Positions 37,884 through 48,830 are shown, numbered from the stretch's first letter. The stretch is DNA of 64,000 nt from an uncultured Planctomycetota bacterium (GCA_963841915.1 CAWJEN010000005.1:416001-480000); one strand, 5' to 3'. Translations and numbers: made by a program. The notes: generated by a model from the letters alone, not told the origin.

Positions 37884-39193
37884 TTAAACCAGGGCCACGG
37901 CGTCACCGACTTTCTTGCCGTCTTCATCGACGATTTCCACGAGTGACTCGTACCGCTTGTTCTGCGGGTAGAGCTGTTCGGTCATGAATCGCGAGCCTTC
38001 GTTGCGAGCAAAGGTAAATGGCTGCATGTCGCTGAACCCGCCGACGCCTCGAGCGGTGGCACCACCGGGGATGTCGAGCAGCTGCAACTCGAAGCCGAAT
38101 TGCTGGGCCAGCTCCGCCTGACGCCAGGCGAACTTACCACCGAGCCGGAAAATGTGATTCAGCGGCGCTTGCCCGTCCTGAAGATTTGCCCAACTGAAGC
38201 CGGGGAAGATGACCGGGTAGTACCTCTTGCGTTGCTCTTCACACCAGGCGATATCGCCCGGGAACTTCTCGGCGAAATGTTCTTCGGCACCTTCAAGTGT
38301 GCCGTACCGGCCGACGTTCCACGGGCTGATGATCGTGCCGAACTCTTGGAGCAGCTCGAGCACTTCCGGCGGATAGTCACGCCAATTGTTGTTCACGCCG
38401 AGCATGATCGTTGCGTTTCCGCCGCGATCGCTCTTGATGAACTCGAAGAGCTCTCGTGCCGCGTCATAGTCGAAGCCGCGGTGGCCGAAGCCGTAGCCCC
38501 ACAGGCTCACGACGGGCACACCGTCGTGCTGGATGTAGGCAGGCGTTTCGAGGATCTTCATCTCGTTGACCAGGCGGTCCCAGTCCTTGATGATCTCGTC
38601 GCCTTCCTTGCGATCGAAGCCGCAATCGTACATCACCGCAAAGCCCCGACCGTACGTATTTGCCGCCTCGCGGACGTGCATAAGCACGGTGGTGGTGCGC
38701 AGGTCGTGATGCGACTCTGGTGCGTCAGGATCAATTTCACCCGTGAAGCGTTGCACCCAAACACCATCGAGGCCGTACTCCTTCATCCACTCGAAGTGCC
38801 GCATGACCGTCTTCTTGTGCGTCGATCTGAAGATCTTGCCGGGCGTGCCGTCTTCGTACCGGTAGTTCGTGTCGATTTGCTCGTCTTCATCCAGCTCCGA
38901 CATGTCAGGCCACATGTTGATCGTCGATCGCGGCGGATCCTGTCGACCGGACCCCAGTGGATGAAGCCCATGTCCAAGCCATCACCTTCTGCCATAAACC
39001 AGCCCTGACAGCCGGCGAGATTGGTGCCGTGGATGGTCTTGATCGGGTTCGGAACGTTGACCGGCCCGTCTTACGGTTGGAAGACCTCGGCAGACGACTC
39101 TGAAGCCGTCCAGGCCGAGGCTGTGCAACCGATGGCCGCGCCGACGGCCAAACCCGTGGATACGGAAAGGAACAAATGTTTTATTGGAATCAT
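37884..39193 (-). pseudogene. Disrupted GH71/GH99-like glycoside hydrolase
   Basis: Signal peptide, then an in-frame TAA at 39071-39073, the AGCQGWF...HW segment, and a frameshift near 38940. The rest has MWPDMSE, HFEWMKEYGLDGVWVQRF, ISPWNVGRY and YYPVIFPGFSWANL, then an unrelated-looking C-terminus. Confidence 0.8.
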
Positions 39194-39490
39194 GCGAAAG
39201 TGGCAGTTATGGTTTAGCAGCAGACGCACTGCGACCGTTCTGACACTGTTAAACCAGCATCTTGACAAGATGCCATGCATGAATCCGCGCGTCCTTCAAT
39301 TGAGGGTGGCCGACCAGTCACGCGGCGGCTTCGGTGGTGTCTTGCCTGATGGCGACGCACCTCGCGTTCCACGGCGGGGAGTTGGAGATGAACGTCTGCA
39401 ACGACAACAAGACCGGCCGCGCACCCGTGGGGGTGGCGGCCGCTCGGGCATTCTCCCTCCGGAAAACACCTGGTGTTCCTGATCCCTGAC

Positions 39491-40048
39491 CTACTCCTCA
39501 GCACTGCCGCCGAATAGACCGGCCATGGACGAACCGGCGGTGTCGACGGTCTTACCTGCTTCGCCCTTTCGCTTACGGCTTTGGGCCAGGCGGTCTGCGG
39601 CCGGTGTCGACTGGTTCGACGGGCCGATCTCCAGCGTCATCGCACCATCAGGCATCCGCATGGTGGCCAAGTAGGCATTGGCCGAGACGAACATGAGGTC
39701 CGCGTCACCGGCGAGGTCGGCAGGTAGATCAAGGCGAACCGTAATCGTCTCACCCGGGGCACGCGTGGCTGCCACGTACTCGAGCCGCTCGCGACCCAGG
39801 GCGTTGAGGCGGTAGCCGGTACCGTCGGAGGCAAGGTCGAAGTGCGACTGGCGGAGCGTGGCTTCCTCCATCGCACCGGCGGCGTACTGAGCTTCGAAGA
39901 TCTTGCGGGTCCGTGATTGCTCGCGGTCGTAGTCGAAGAAGTCCTGGTCGTACTTGGCGCTGCAACCGCCGAGCACAACGGCGGCGACGGCGGCAGTTGC
40001 CAAAGCAGGAGTCGGGCGGAGGAAGCGGTTGAGGGCAAAGACGGGCAT
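39491..40048 (-). CDS. Lipoprotein of unknown function (possibly CpaD-like/Tad pilus-associated)
   Basis: Lipobox VLGGC and the motif EATLRQSHF...LNALGRERL. Start ATG 40048. The function is a guess. Confidence 0.6.
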   Translation of the reverse strand: MPVFALNRFLRPTPALATAAVAAVVLGGCSAKYDQDFFDYDREQSRTRKIFEAQYAAGAMEEATLRQSHFDLASDGTGYRLNALGRERLEYVAATRAPGETITVRLDLPADLAGDADLMFVSANAYLATMRMPDGAMTLEIGPSNQSTPAADRLAQSRKRKGEAGKTVDTAGSSMAGLFGGSAEE

Positions 40049-40229
40049 CTTGATCCAAGGTAGTGGCGTGAACTGAAAGCGTGCGGCGGGAGCGCCGTCG
40101 GCCGACGTGGCAGCCGTGAACAACCCGGTCATCGTCCCCTGTGCCGCGACGCTTAAGGCCGACGCAAGATTCTTCTTGATCGCGATACTGCACCTTGAAT
40201 GCCGCATCGCCTGGGCCGATGTAGCATTC

Positions 40230-40700
40230 ATGACCGGCCGACCATTCCCGCTCCCCGATGCAACTGTGCATAGCCGTTCGGCGTGGCAGCAGTTGCTCCA
40301 GGCGACACGGGCCGGTGGAATCGCGACAGTCGCCCTCGGCGTCGCCCTGCTGTGGCACGCCGGCCTCAGGCCGGTAACTACCAACGAAAGCAACGGCTGG
40401 CACATTGCCTCCGGACACGTCTCAGACGTCAATGCTGAGACGCGGCAGGTGAATTACACCTACACCGCCAGCGGTGCGTCGTACGGCGGGTACGACTTTC
40501 TTAACGCGGACAGGTCGGTAAGCCTGCCAAAAGTCGGCCAAGGCATTGACGTCTTCTTCAGCATCGACAATGTAAGCCACAGCCGCCTGACGAAGGCGAC
40601 GCCGCAAGGCTTGGCAGTTGCCGGTGCGACAGCGGCATTTCTGATTTGCATCGGATTGCGGACCAGCTTTGCCGAGCCGCTGGACGAACCGCTGGCGTAA
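40230..40700 (+). CDS. Small two-TM membrane protein (DUF3592-like)
   Basis: TM - W..ASGHV...VNYTYTASGASY...VGQGIDVFFS - TM architecture. Start uncertain. Confidence 0.6.
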   Translation: MTGRPFPLPDATVHSRSAWQQLLQATRAGGIATVALGVALLWHAGLRPVTTNESNGWHIASGHVSDVNAETRQVNYTYTASGASYGGYDFLNADRSVSLPKVGQGIDVFFSIDNVSHSRLTKATPQGLAVAGATAAFLICIGLRTSFAEPLDEPLA

Positions 40701-40709
40701 CGTGCGGCC

Positions 40710-41120
40710 ATGTCAGACTCGCAAAAGACGTTCGTTCTGCTGAAGCCCGACGCTGTCCGCCGACAGCTGGTCGGTGAGATCATCGGCCGTTTCGAAGCCA
40801 AGGGCCTCGTCGTCGAGAAGCTCGAGATGATCACCGTCGACGCCGCCACCGCCGAGAAGCACTATGGCGAGCACAAGGGCAAGCCGTTCTACCAGCCGCT
40901 CGTCGACTTCATCACCGGTGGCCCGAGCGTCGCGATCTGCCTCAGCGGTGACTCTGCCGTGCCGTTAGTCCGCAAGATGATGGGTGCGACGAAGTTCACC
41001 GACGCAGAGCCCGGCACCATCCGCGGCGACTTCGCCCACGACATGACCGAGAACCTCGTGCACGGCAGCGATTCGCCTGAGTCGGCCGAGCGGGAGCTTG
41101 GCATCTTCTTCGCCTCGTAA
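40710..41120 (+). CDS. ndk: Nucleoside-diphosphate kinase
   Basis: Motifs KPDAVRR, PGTIRGDF and NLVHGSDS. Confidence 0.98.
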   Translation: MSDSQKTFVLLKPDAVRRQLVGEIIGRFEAKGLVVEKLEMITVDAATAEKHYGEHKGKPFYQPLVDFITGGPSVAICLSGDSAVPLVRKMMGATKFTDAEPGTIRGDFAHDMTENLVHGSDSPESAERELGIFFAS

Positions 41121-41234
41121 CTTCATTTGGCGTAGGACTGATAGGTTGTTACGCTCGCTGGCTCAATTCCTGAGCCGGCGGCGCTGTGTTCGTGTGGGCG
41201 GGCCGCGCCCGGCTGCTTTAGTCTTTGGAGAGAT

Positions 41235-41903
41235 ATGACCCGTCTGATCCTTGCCGCCGTTGTTGGTGGTTGCGTGCTGTCCTATATTGGTTTCAATCAT
41301 TGGCGACTTGCTCAAAAGTGTGACGCGACGCCGAGCGAGATCACGATCGCGACCCTTTTCAACGAGGGTCCTGACGGCATCGAGAATGCTCATGTCACGC
41401 TCTCGGAGTTCATGCCGAGCGACGGATTCGTCTACCAGACCGAGGACGACAAGCCTTCAGTCTGGACGCACGTATACGTCCCGGTCACCGACTTTAATTC
41501 CGACTATGGCCGCGAACTGATCTTGAAGTCGATCGGAGCTGAGATGGCCGGTCAGGACACCATTGCCGACGATCAGTTGCCGACGATGCGGCCTGACGAG
41601 GTAAGGGCCATCCTCAAGCTCACAGGCAGCGACTGCCGGAACCTGCAAGCCTTGCAGACTGCACTGGCGCGGGAGAAGATGACGGGCGTGGTCATCAACC
41701 AGATCGACTCGCTCAACAGCGACACGAAGCGCCTGCTGAAAGAGCTGGTTCCCGGATTCGACAGCAGCGACATGGCGGTCATCGAGATCGGCCGCGATGT
41801 GCCGTCGAGCGGGAACGGCATGGCCATGCTCGGTGGTGGCGGGCTGCTCGCTTTACTGGGCGTCGGTGGTGGCATCCGCAAGTTCGGCGGCGGTGCCGCG
41901 TGA
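41235..41903 (+). CDS. Hypothetical membrane protein (N- and C-terminal TM)
   Basis: SD-like ggag before the ATG and two hydrophobic ends. Overlaps the next gene at GTGA. Confidence 0.7.
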   Translation: MTRLILAAVVGGCVLSYIGFNHWRLAQKCDATPSEITIATLFNEGPDGIENAHVTLSEFMPSDGFVYQTEDDKPSVWTHVYVPVTDFNSDYGRELILKSIGAEMAGQDTIADDQLPTMRPDEVRAILKLTGSDCRNLQALQTALAREKMTGVVINQIDSLNSDTKRLLKELVPGFDSSDMAVIEIGRDVPSSGNGMAMLGGGGLLALLGVGGGIRKFGGGAA

Positions 41904-42769
41904 TCAGGCGCACGACGCTCAAGCGGTGGCTCATTCGCCGGGCCATGACACTCGGCATTCTGCTGGGCGTCTACCTTGTGCTCATGTTCCCGCTCGGGTG
42001 CGGGCGCGTGCTCGCCGACAAGTTACTGCTGCATCCATCAACGCATCCGCAGGCGGCGTACGGGGCGACGGAGCAGTTCGTCGACACACCCGTCGGTCGC
42101 GTGCAAATCTGGCGGAGTGTCTCGACCAGCGCGATTGGCAGGCCGCCCGAGCGGTTCGTCCTTCGCATCAACGGCAACGCCGCCCGGGCCGAGTGGGAAG
42201 CGACGCCGACGGCCGCCCGCTGGGGAAATGTGCCGACAGAAGTCTGGTCCATGAACTACCCAGGCTTCGGCGGCAGTAAGGGGTCGGCCTCGCTCGACAA
42301 GCTCGTACCCGCCGCTTCTGCTGTCTGGAATGCTATCGGTGAGACAGCCGGAGATCGCCCCGTCTTTCTTGATGGCGACTCGATGGGCACGACGGTCGCT
42401 TTGTCCCTCGCCGCAAACCGCCGGGCGGATCGACCACCGGCCGGTCTCGTCCTCAAGAATCCTCCGCCGCTCCGACAGCTCATCATCGAGCGCTTCGGCT
42501 GGTGGAACCTATGGCTGGCGGCTTGGCCGGTCGCGAGTGCAGTGCCGGACGAACTGGATTCCATCGACAACGCCGGCCGCTCGCACGCGCCGGCCATCTT
42601 CCTCCGCGCAACCGGCGACACGCTCATTCCGCCGGCGTTACAAAAGCGAATCAGCGACGCATATGCTGGCCGCGTGACGATCGTGGAGCTTCAAGGAGCA
42701 AACCACGACACGCCCTTGTCATCCGAAGATCAGGCCGCGATTGCAGAGGCGATCGAGCAGTTTCGGTAG
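41900..42769 (+). CDS. Alpha/beta hydrolase (ABHD-like), membrane anchored
   Basis: Motifs NGNA, NYPGFGGS, nucleophile elbow GDSMG, DTLIP and ANHD. Confidence 0.88.
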   Translation: MIRRTTLKRWLIRRAMTLGILLGVYLVLMFPLGCGRVLADKLLLHPSTHPQAAYGATEQFVDTPVGRVQIWRSVSTSAIGRPPERFVLRINGNAARAEWEATPTAARWGNVPTEVWSMNYPGFGGSKGSASLDKLVPAASAVWNAIGETAGDRPVFLDGDSMGTTVALSLAANRRADRPPAGLVLKNPPPLRQLIIERFGWWNLWLAAWPVASAVPDELDSIDNAGRSHAPAIFLRATGDTLIPPALQKRISDAYAGRVTIVELQGANHDTPLSSEDQAAIAEAIEQFR

Positions 42770-42822
42770 CGTCAGCGTGTAGCCCGAGCTGTCGTCCCAC
42801 GGACCCGGGCAATATTCAATGG

Positions 42823-43773
42823 CTAAAGCTTGCTTGCGTAACTCCGAACAGTCGCTTCGAAAGGGGCAAGTTCCACGTTGAAGGTCGCCTGTGCCGCGGC
42901 ATTGTCGGCAATATTGTCTTCGCGGGCCATCTGCACCTGAGCCTTGTTGAACGGCAGTAGCGATGCCGGCACCACGCTGGCGACCAGCGATGCGTACCAT
43001 GACGGCACCCCGATCGCCCGCTTCGGCTTGCCGCGGACCGCGGTCGAAATGATCTGGTGCATCTTTGGCCAGTCCATCACGTCAGGTCCTGCCACCTCGT
43101 ACACCTGTTCGATTGCGGCATCGGTTGTCAGCGCTTCGGCGAAATAACGGGCGACGTCACCGACGAAGATCGGTTGGACCTTGCCGCTGCCACCGGTGCC
43201 TAGCAGGCCGAACCCGAAGTACGGCATGAAGACGAATGGCAGCGCCTTGCCACGTGCCCAGGCGGCGGCCTGCTTCATGAACTCGCCCCGTGGTCCGTGG
43301 ATGAGCGAAGGCCGGAATATCGTGTAGGCGAGGCCACTGTCCCGCACAAGCTGTTCCGCCTGCCACTTCGTCTTGTGGTAGTCGCTGACGGCGTCAGGAC
43401 GCGTGCCAAGGGCCGACATGTGAAGGTAACGCTTCACACCCGCCGCCTTGGCCGCGTCGATTACGCGGCCGGTTGCCTCGATGTGCATCCGCTCGAATGT
43501 GATGTTTTTCGACGGCTTCTCCTCGATAATGCCGACAAGATGCATCGCACCGTCGCAGCCCTCCATTGCGGCCGCGACCGAGTCCTTGTCGAAAAGCCCG
43601 CCTTTGAAGCTTGTCACGAGGTCACTGTCGACCGTCAGCGGCGACTGGTTGACAAGAGCCGCCACTTCGATACCTCGGTTGACCAGCTCCTCAACGATGT
43701 TGGTGCCGACGAATCCGCTACCGCCGGTCACGAAGATGCGGCGTGGCCGGTTCGAAGCGTCAGGTGTGGGCAT
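42823..43773 (-). CDS. NAD-dependent epimerase/dehydratase, complex I NDUFA9-like atypical SDR
   Basis: Motifs FVTGGSGFVG, HLVGII, HMSALG, YHKTKW and FRPSLIHG. Start ATG 43773. Confidence 0.9.
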   Translation of the reverse strand: MPTPDASNRPRRIFVTGGSGFVGTNIVEELVNRGIEVAALVNQSPLTVDSDLVTSFKGGLFDKDSVAAAMEGCDGAMHLVGIIEEKPSKNITFERMHIEATGRVIDAAKAAGVKRYLHMSALGTRPDAVSDYHKTKWQAEQLVRDSGLAYTIFRPSLIHGPRGEFMKQAAAWARGKALPFVFMPYFGFGLLGTGGSGKVQPIFVGDVARYFAEALTTDAAIEQVYEVAGPDVMDWPKMHQIISTAVRGKPKRAIGVPSWYASLVASVVPASLLPFNKAQVQMAREDNIADNAAAQATFNVELAPFEATVRSYASKL

Positions 43774-44295
43774 TTCCCACGCTACGAGCCGGCAAGCCTG
43801 ATCAATACCGGTTCTACCCGATGCTTCACCAAAATTGGTCGACGGCGAGGCCGACAGCCTCTGTTGGCTAGGCGTCGGCCAGCACAACTGGTCAGCACAT
43901 TGGTCGCGGCTCTTGAAGATCCGCGACCAAGGCATTGCAGCGATGGCAGAAGGCCGCTCTGGTGCTGCTGGCGCTGACTCACCAAGTGGCAACGATCAGC
44001 TGGCACATCGGTCGCGACATGCTCTCGGCGTCGCTTGTGACGCTTGCTGGGGATCACTCGTCATGGCAGCAACTGCGCTGCCTTATGTGCCGATGGCTGG
44101 AAAACTCGCCAAGCTCGCCCCCTGACGTTTGGCATCTACTTCTCCCACATCGCCCTCCTACGCGTCAATGAGCAGATTCTGATTTGCATCGACTTGCCGG
44201 CAAGGCTGCTGACGGATCTGTCGAGCTTCATCTTCGCATTAATCGGGGGTTTTGGCCTCACGTGAATCGTCGCTAGTTGAGCCTGCGCACGAAGC

Positions 44296-44321
44296 AGCCC
44301 GCGGACACTGGTCCGCGGGCT
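44296..44321 (-). terminator. Hairpin downstream of gap (probable terminator)
   Basis: agcccgcggac-actg-gtccgcgggct is an 11-bp perfect stem about 20 nt after the stop, with a weak U-tract. Confidence 0.65.
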
Positions 44322-44339
44322 CCTTGCTCTTCACAGAAA

Positions 44340-45383
<1,044 letters not shown>

Positions 45384-45558
45384 TTAGGGTGAAGCTGAGT
45401 GCTTGAAGGCCAACCCGCACCTGCGGGACCGGGCAAGCTAATGAGCATAAAGCCTACAGGTCAACGTCCTGTTCGCTTTGGCCACCGATCGGCGGCCGAA
45501 ACTGCGTCACGCCCGACACTTGTGCTCTGCCTCGCTACCGTGACGCTGTCCCCTGTTC

Positions 45559-46068
45559 ATGAGCGTCGCCGTGCCATCTCGAGCTCCATCTGTGCTTGGT
45601 GAGTCGCGTCACGACGTGCCGACGGTGCTCGTGCTGGGGCACGTCAAGGTGCCGGAAGCGCTTGACGCCGCCAACGCGGTGCAGGCAACGAAGGCGTTAG
45701 ATGTCCTCGAGACGCTGTACCACGCCTCCGGTGAAGTGCGGCCAACATTGATCGTGTCGCTATTGGACCTGCCGCAGAAGTACGAGGCAATTGTCAGGGC
45801 CGCCAAGCGGGTTCGGCCTGATGTAGACGTCCTTCTGGCCTCCTGTGAGGGTCGGCCGGCATTGTTTGGTCAGTTGGTGCTGCACGGCGCCAACGGCATG
45901 ATCGGGCCGGCCGGTGAAATCCATCGTTTTGACGGGCCTTCCCGCCCTGCCACGCCATCTCCGCCCGTAGCCGACACATCAGCAATCGACCCGGATACGT
46001 TCGGGACCGGCCTGCTCTCACCCGAGGAGCTGGCGGCACTGCTGGCCGATGATGACGACACGGCTTAG
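45559..46068 (+). CDS. Degenerate receiver-like domain protein
   Basis: Alternating beta/alpha pattern resembling REC (VLVLG...RPTLIV...VLLAS...LHGANG) without clear catalytic Asp/Lys, then a Pro-rich linker and an LLSPEELAALL tail. Confidence 0.5.
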   Translation: MSVAVPSRAPSVLGESRHDVPTVLVLGHVKVPEALDAANAVQATKALDVLETLYHASGEVRPTLIVSLLDLPQKYEAIVRAAKRVRPDVDVLLASCEGRPALFGQLVLHGANGMIGPAGEIHRFDGPSRPATPSPPVADTSAIDPDTFGTGLLSPEELAALLADDDDTA

Positions 46069-46220
46069 CACGAGTCGAACTGCGTCCTGGCAACTTGCGC
46101 GGCCGTTGAGCGTCTTACGCATTGAAACAGGTCACGACTCGGCGACTTTGCCTTGCCCCGTCCCGCCGTGTGGTACACACTGCTGACTGTCGAACTCACC
46201 TGCTCGGCACCACTTGCTTC

Positions 46221-47546
46221 ATGTCCGTCGCTCCCACCAGCTTTGCCCGACCCAGCGGATCGGCCACCATGCGGCTGGCACCGACCAGCCGACCCGGCGG
46301 GCCGCGCGTGCTCATCGCAGGTACGGACGCGTCAATCCTGGCGGACACGCTCCGGTCGGCAGAGCCCGATGCCGACGTGGAGACCGTCGAGACAACGCTC
46401 GACGCGCTGGCTGAGATGACGCTTGCGGTGGGCGGTGACGTTGAGCCTTTCGACGCGGTCGTCGCCGCTGCCGAGGAGCCGGACGAAGTCGCCGCCATGC
46501 GTCGCCAGCTCGACGCTCTCGAAAAGCCGGGCCGACTCGTGTTGGTCGGCGAGGCCACTGCGACACACGCCCTACTCCGTCACGGCGGCGATGCTCAATT
46601 AACACCGCAGGCAAGCGTCACCGCCGTCCGCCGGGCCGTCCTGGCCAGCCCGACTCCGGTGCCGACGGTCGCCTTGCCGGTACTGACCACCGACGCCCTG
46701 CTCGATGCGCTCTCGGGTCGGCCGGGCAAGATGGTCGAGACGATCGTCAAACGTCTTGCCGCCGAGTCGAAGTTGGCGCTTTCGTTGGTGACTGGCAACG
46801 GTGCTATCGCTGATACCGCACTTTCCGCCGCAGTCGACGACCGCCGCACGCTCGTCTGGCAGTCACCACCGATCGATGAGGCAGAGCGTGACGTAGCGCA
46901 GCATGATCTGCAAGAGCTGGCAACGGACCTGTCGCGACTCGCCAAGGCGGATGCACAAAACGCGCAGTTACAGCAACTTGCACTGCACGATGAGCTGACG
47001 GGCTGTGCCAATACCCGCTACTTCCGCCAGTTCCTGGGCCGCATTCTCGACAAGGCCAAGATCGAGCGATTCCCGGTCACGTTGCTGATGTTCGACATCG
47101 ACAACTTCAAGCAGTACAACGACCGACACGGCCACAGCGTCGGTGATGCGATTCTGAAGCAGACCGGCAAGCTCATCCGCAAGTGCATCCGCGACCACGA
47201 CTTTGTCGCCCGCATCGGCGGTGACGAATTTGCAGTCGTCTTTTGGGAAAAACGGGACGAGGCAGTTACGGACGAAGACGAGAAGCGTCGCCGTGCCAGC
47301 GGCCGCGTACCCAAAGGTCCGCTGCAGATCGCCGCTCGCTTCCGCCGCCTCATGAGTGCGGGCGAGTTTCGAGCGCTTGGCGAGACGGGCGTCGGTCGCC
47401 TGACCATCAGCGGAGGCATGGCCGTCTACCCTTATGATGCACCAAGTGCCGAAGCACTCATCGTCGCGGCCGACCGGGCCCTGATGTTTGGCGCAAAGGC
47501 CGGTGGCAAGAATGCGATCGCCCTCGTCGGTGGCGACGAAAGCTGA
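46221..47546 (+). CDS. Diguanylate cyclase (GGDEF) with a degenerate receiver-like N-terminus
   Basis: Motifs HDELTG, FDIDNFKQYND, HGHSVGD, I-site RDHD, RIGGDEF, TISGG and AADRAL. Confidence 0.93.
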   Translation: MSVAPTSFARPSGSATMRLAPTSRPGGPRVLIAGTDASILADTLRSAEPDADVETVETTLDALAEMTLAVGGDVEPFDAVVAAAEEPDEVAAMRRQLDALEKPGRLVLVGEATATHALLRHGGDAQLTPQASVTAVRRAVLASPTPVPTVALPVLTTDALLDALSGRPGKMVETIVKRLAAESKLALSLVTGNGAIADTALSAAVDDRRTLVWQSPPIDEAERDVAQHDLQELATDLSRLAKADAQNAQLQQLALHDELTGCANTRYFRQFLGRILDKAKIERFPVTLLMFDIDNFKQYNDRHGHSVGDAILKQTGKLIRKCIRDHDFVARIGGDEFAVVFWEKRDEAVTDEDEKRRRASGRVPKGPLQIAARFRRLMSAGEFRALGETGVGRLTISGGMAVYPYDAPSAEALIVAADRALMFGAKAGGKNAIALVGGDES

Positions 47547-47553
47547 ACCCACA

Positions 47554-47970
47554 TCACGCCGCCGCCGCGTACTCGCCCTGCTCCAGACCGGCCCCATGGT
47601 CATCGAGGTACGACTCGACGGCCGTCAGGATCATTTCCTGCTGGCTTTTGGCCCCGTCGCCACTGAGCTGTGCACGAATGGCCAGCAGCTTGAGCCGTGC
47701 CCACATCGTGACAGGCATGCGGAGCGTGAACTGCTTGACGCCCTCGCCTCGGTTGACATCGGTCATACCGACGTCCATGCCGCGTGAGGCCTTGGCGGCC
47801 GGCTTCGGCCGCTTGGCCTGCGGCTTCTCGACCTTCGATCTACGTTCCGGCTCGGGCGTGGCAAGCTTGTTTGCCGGCGTCGGCTGCGACGTCAGCCGCT
47901 CAGCCACGTCTTCGGGTACGTCCGTCGTCCGCAGCAAAGCGGCCATCGCGTTGTTTGTCTTGATGCTCAT
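47554..47970 (-). CDS. Small ParA partner with a C-terminal ribbon-helix-helix-like domain (ParG/type Ib ParB-like)
   Basis: Disordered Pro/Lys-rich N-terminus, then VKQFTLRMPVTMWARLKLLAI...SQQEMILTAVESYL (alternating beta-strand plus two helices). Lies directly downstream of parA. Confidence 0.7.
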   Translation of the reverse strand: MSIKTNNAMAALLRTTDVPEDVAERLTSQPTPANKLATPEPERRSKVEKPQAKRPKPAAKASRGMDVGMTDVNRGEGVKQFTLRMPVTMWARLKLLAIRAQLSGDGAKSQQEMILTAVESYLDDHGAGLEQGEYAAAA

Positions 47971-47995
47971 AATTTGATCTCGTGTTGGAGGTGCG

Positions 47996-48688
47996 TCACG
48001 CCGCCTTGGCCAATGGCCGCTTCTTCGGCTTCGCGAATGGGTCGGGCTTGTTCGTCTTAACGATGCCGAGCGACGACGCCAATTCGCCGCACAGGGCCTT
48101 CATCTCTTCTGCCGCCTTGCCTTCGGGATCGATCCGCCACACGACGCTGCCTTCGGCACCAGCGTTCTCGTATGCGGTCCGCAGCCCGATGTGCGTGCGG
48201 GCGACCGGCGCGCCATAACCCGGCAGCGTCGCAATCGCCAGCTTCGTGTGGTTCGAGCCGGGTCGCAGCATGTTGACGATGAGCGTGCTGTCGCACTTGA
48301 TGCCCGTATCCCGCTCCAATCGCTCCAGCGTGCGGAGCGTCTGCACCGTCGCCCGCATGTCGCCAAAGCTCGGCCGCAGCGGAATCAGCGCCCGCTCACA
48401 CCGCTTCAGCAAGGTCAGCGAACCCTCGCCAAGTCCCGGAGGTGCGTCGGCGAGCACGGTGTACGACGGGTCGATGCGGTCTAGCACCTCGTTGAGTTCA
48501 CCGGCGACGGCACTGTGCAGGCACGGCATGTCGGGCTCGACCTTGCCGAGCCATTCGGCCGTCAGCCCCTGATTGTCTGCGTCGAGGACAACGGTCGGCA
48601 CGCCCTGCTCGTGCAGCCACACAGCCAGGTGAACCGTCAACAGCGTCTTACCAACGCCGCCCTTTTGGTTGGTGATCGTCACGAGCAT
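47996..48688 (-). CDS. parA: ParA-family ATPase (ParF-like, no N-terminal HTH)
   Basis: Deviant Walker A NQKGGVGKT, A' LDADNQG and Walker B LADAPPG. Confidence 0.92.
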   Translation of the reverse strand: MLVTITNQKGGVGKTLLTVHLAVWLHEQGVPTVVLDADNQGLTAEWLGKVEPDMPCLHSAVAGELNEVLDRIDPSYTVLADAPPGLGEGSLTLLKRCERALIPLRPSFGDMRATVQTLRTLERLERDTGIKCDSTLIVNMLRPGSNHTKLAIATLPGYGAPVARTHIGLRTAYENAGAEGSVVWRIDPEGKAAEEMKALCGELASSLGIVKTNKPDPFAKPKKRPLAKAA

Positions 48689-48732
48689 GCCCGTGCTATC
48701 GACCGATCTGCAGGTTTTTCGCCAGTGCGTCC

Positions 48733-48830
48733 ATCAGTCGACTGATAAACCCGTGGGCCAGTGACCGCTGGACACCAAGGTGTCACGGCCGCTTGGTGGC
48801 TTTCATGGTGTCTTGACACCACGGTGTCAG
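48733..48830. promoter_or_regulatory. Putative operator/centromere array upstream of parA
   Basis: GACACC/GGTGTC hexamers at 48771, 48779, 48807, 48815 and 48823, with degenerate in-phase copies at 48763, 48787 and 48795. Also the palindrome ATCAGTCGACTGAT at 48733-48746. Confidence 0.65.

Noticed and set aside
42869..42884. Possible fourth parS (agttccacgttgaagg)
   Set aside because: Only 12/16 match with a broken palindrome, inside a CDS.
43790..44275. About 490-bp gap between the NDUFA9-like gene and gap with several short ORFs
   Set aside because: No ORF has recognisable motifs or typical codon bias. It may be a decayed gene but cannot be supported.
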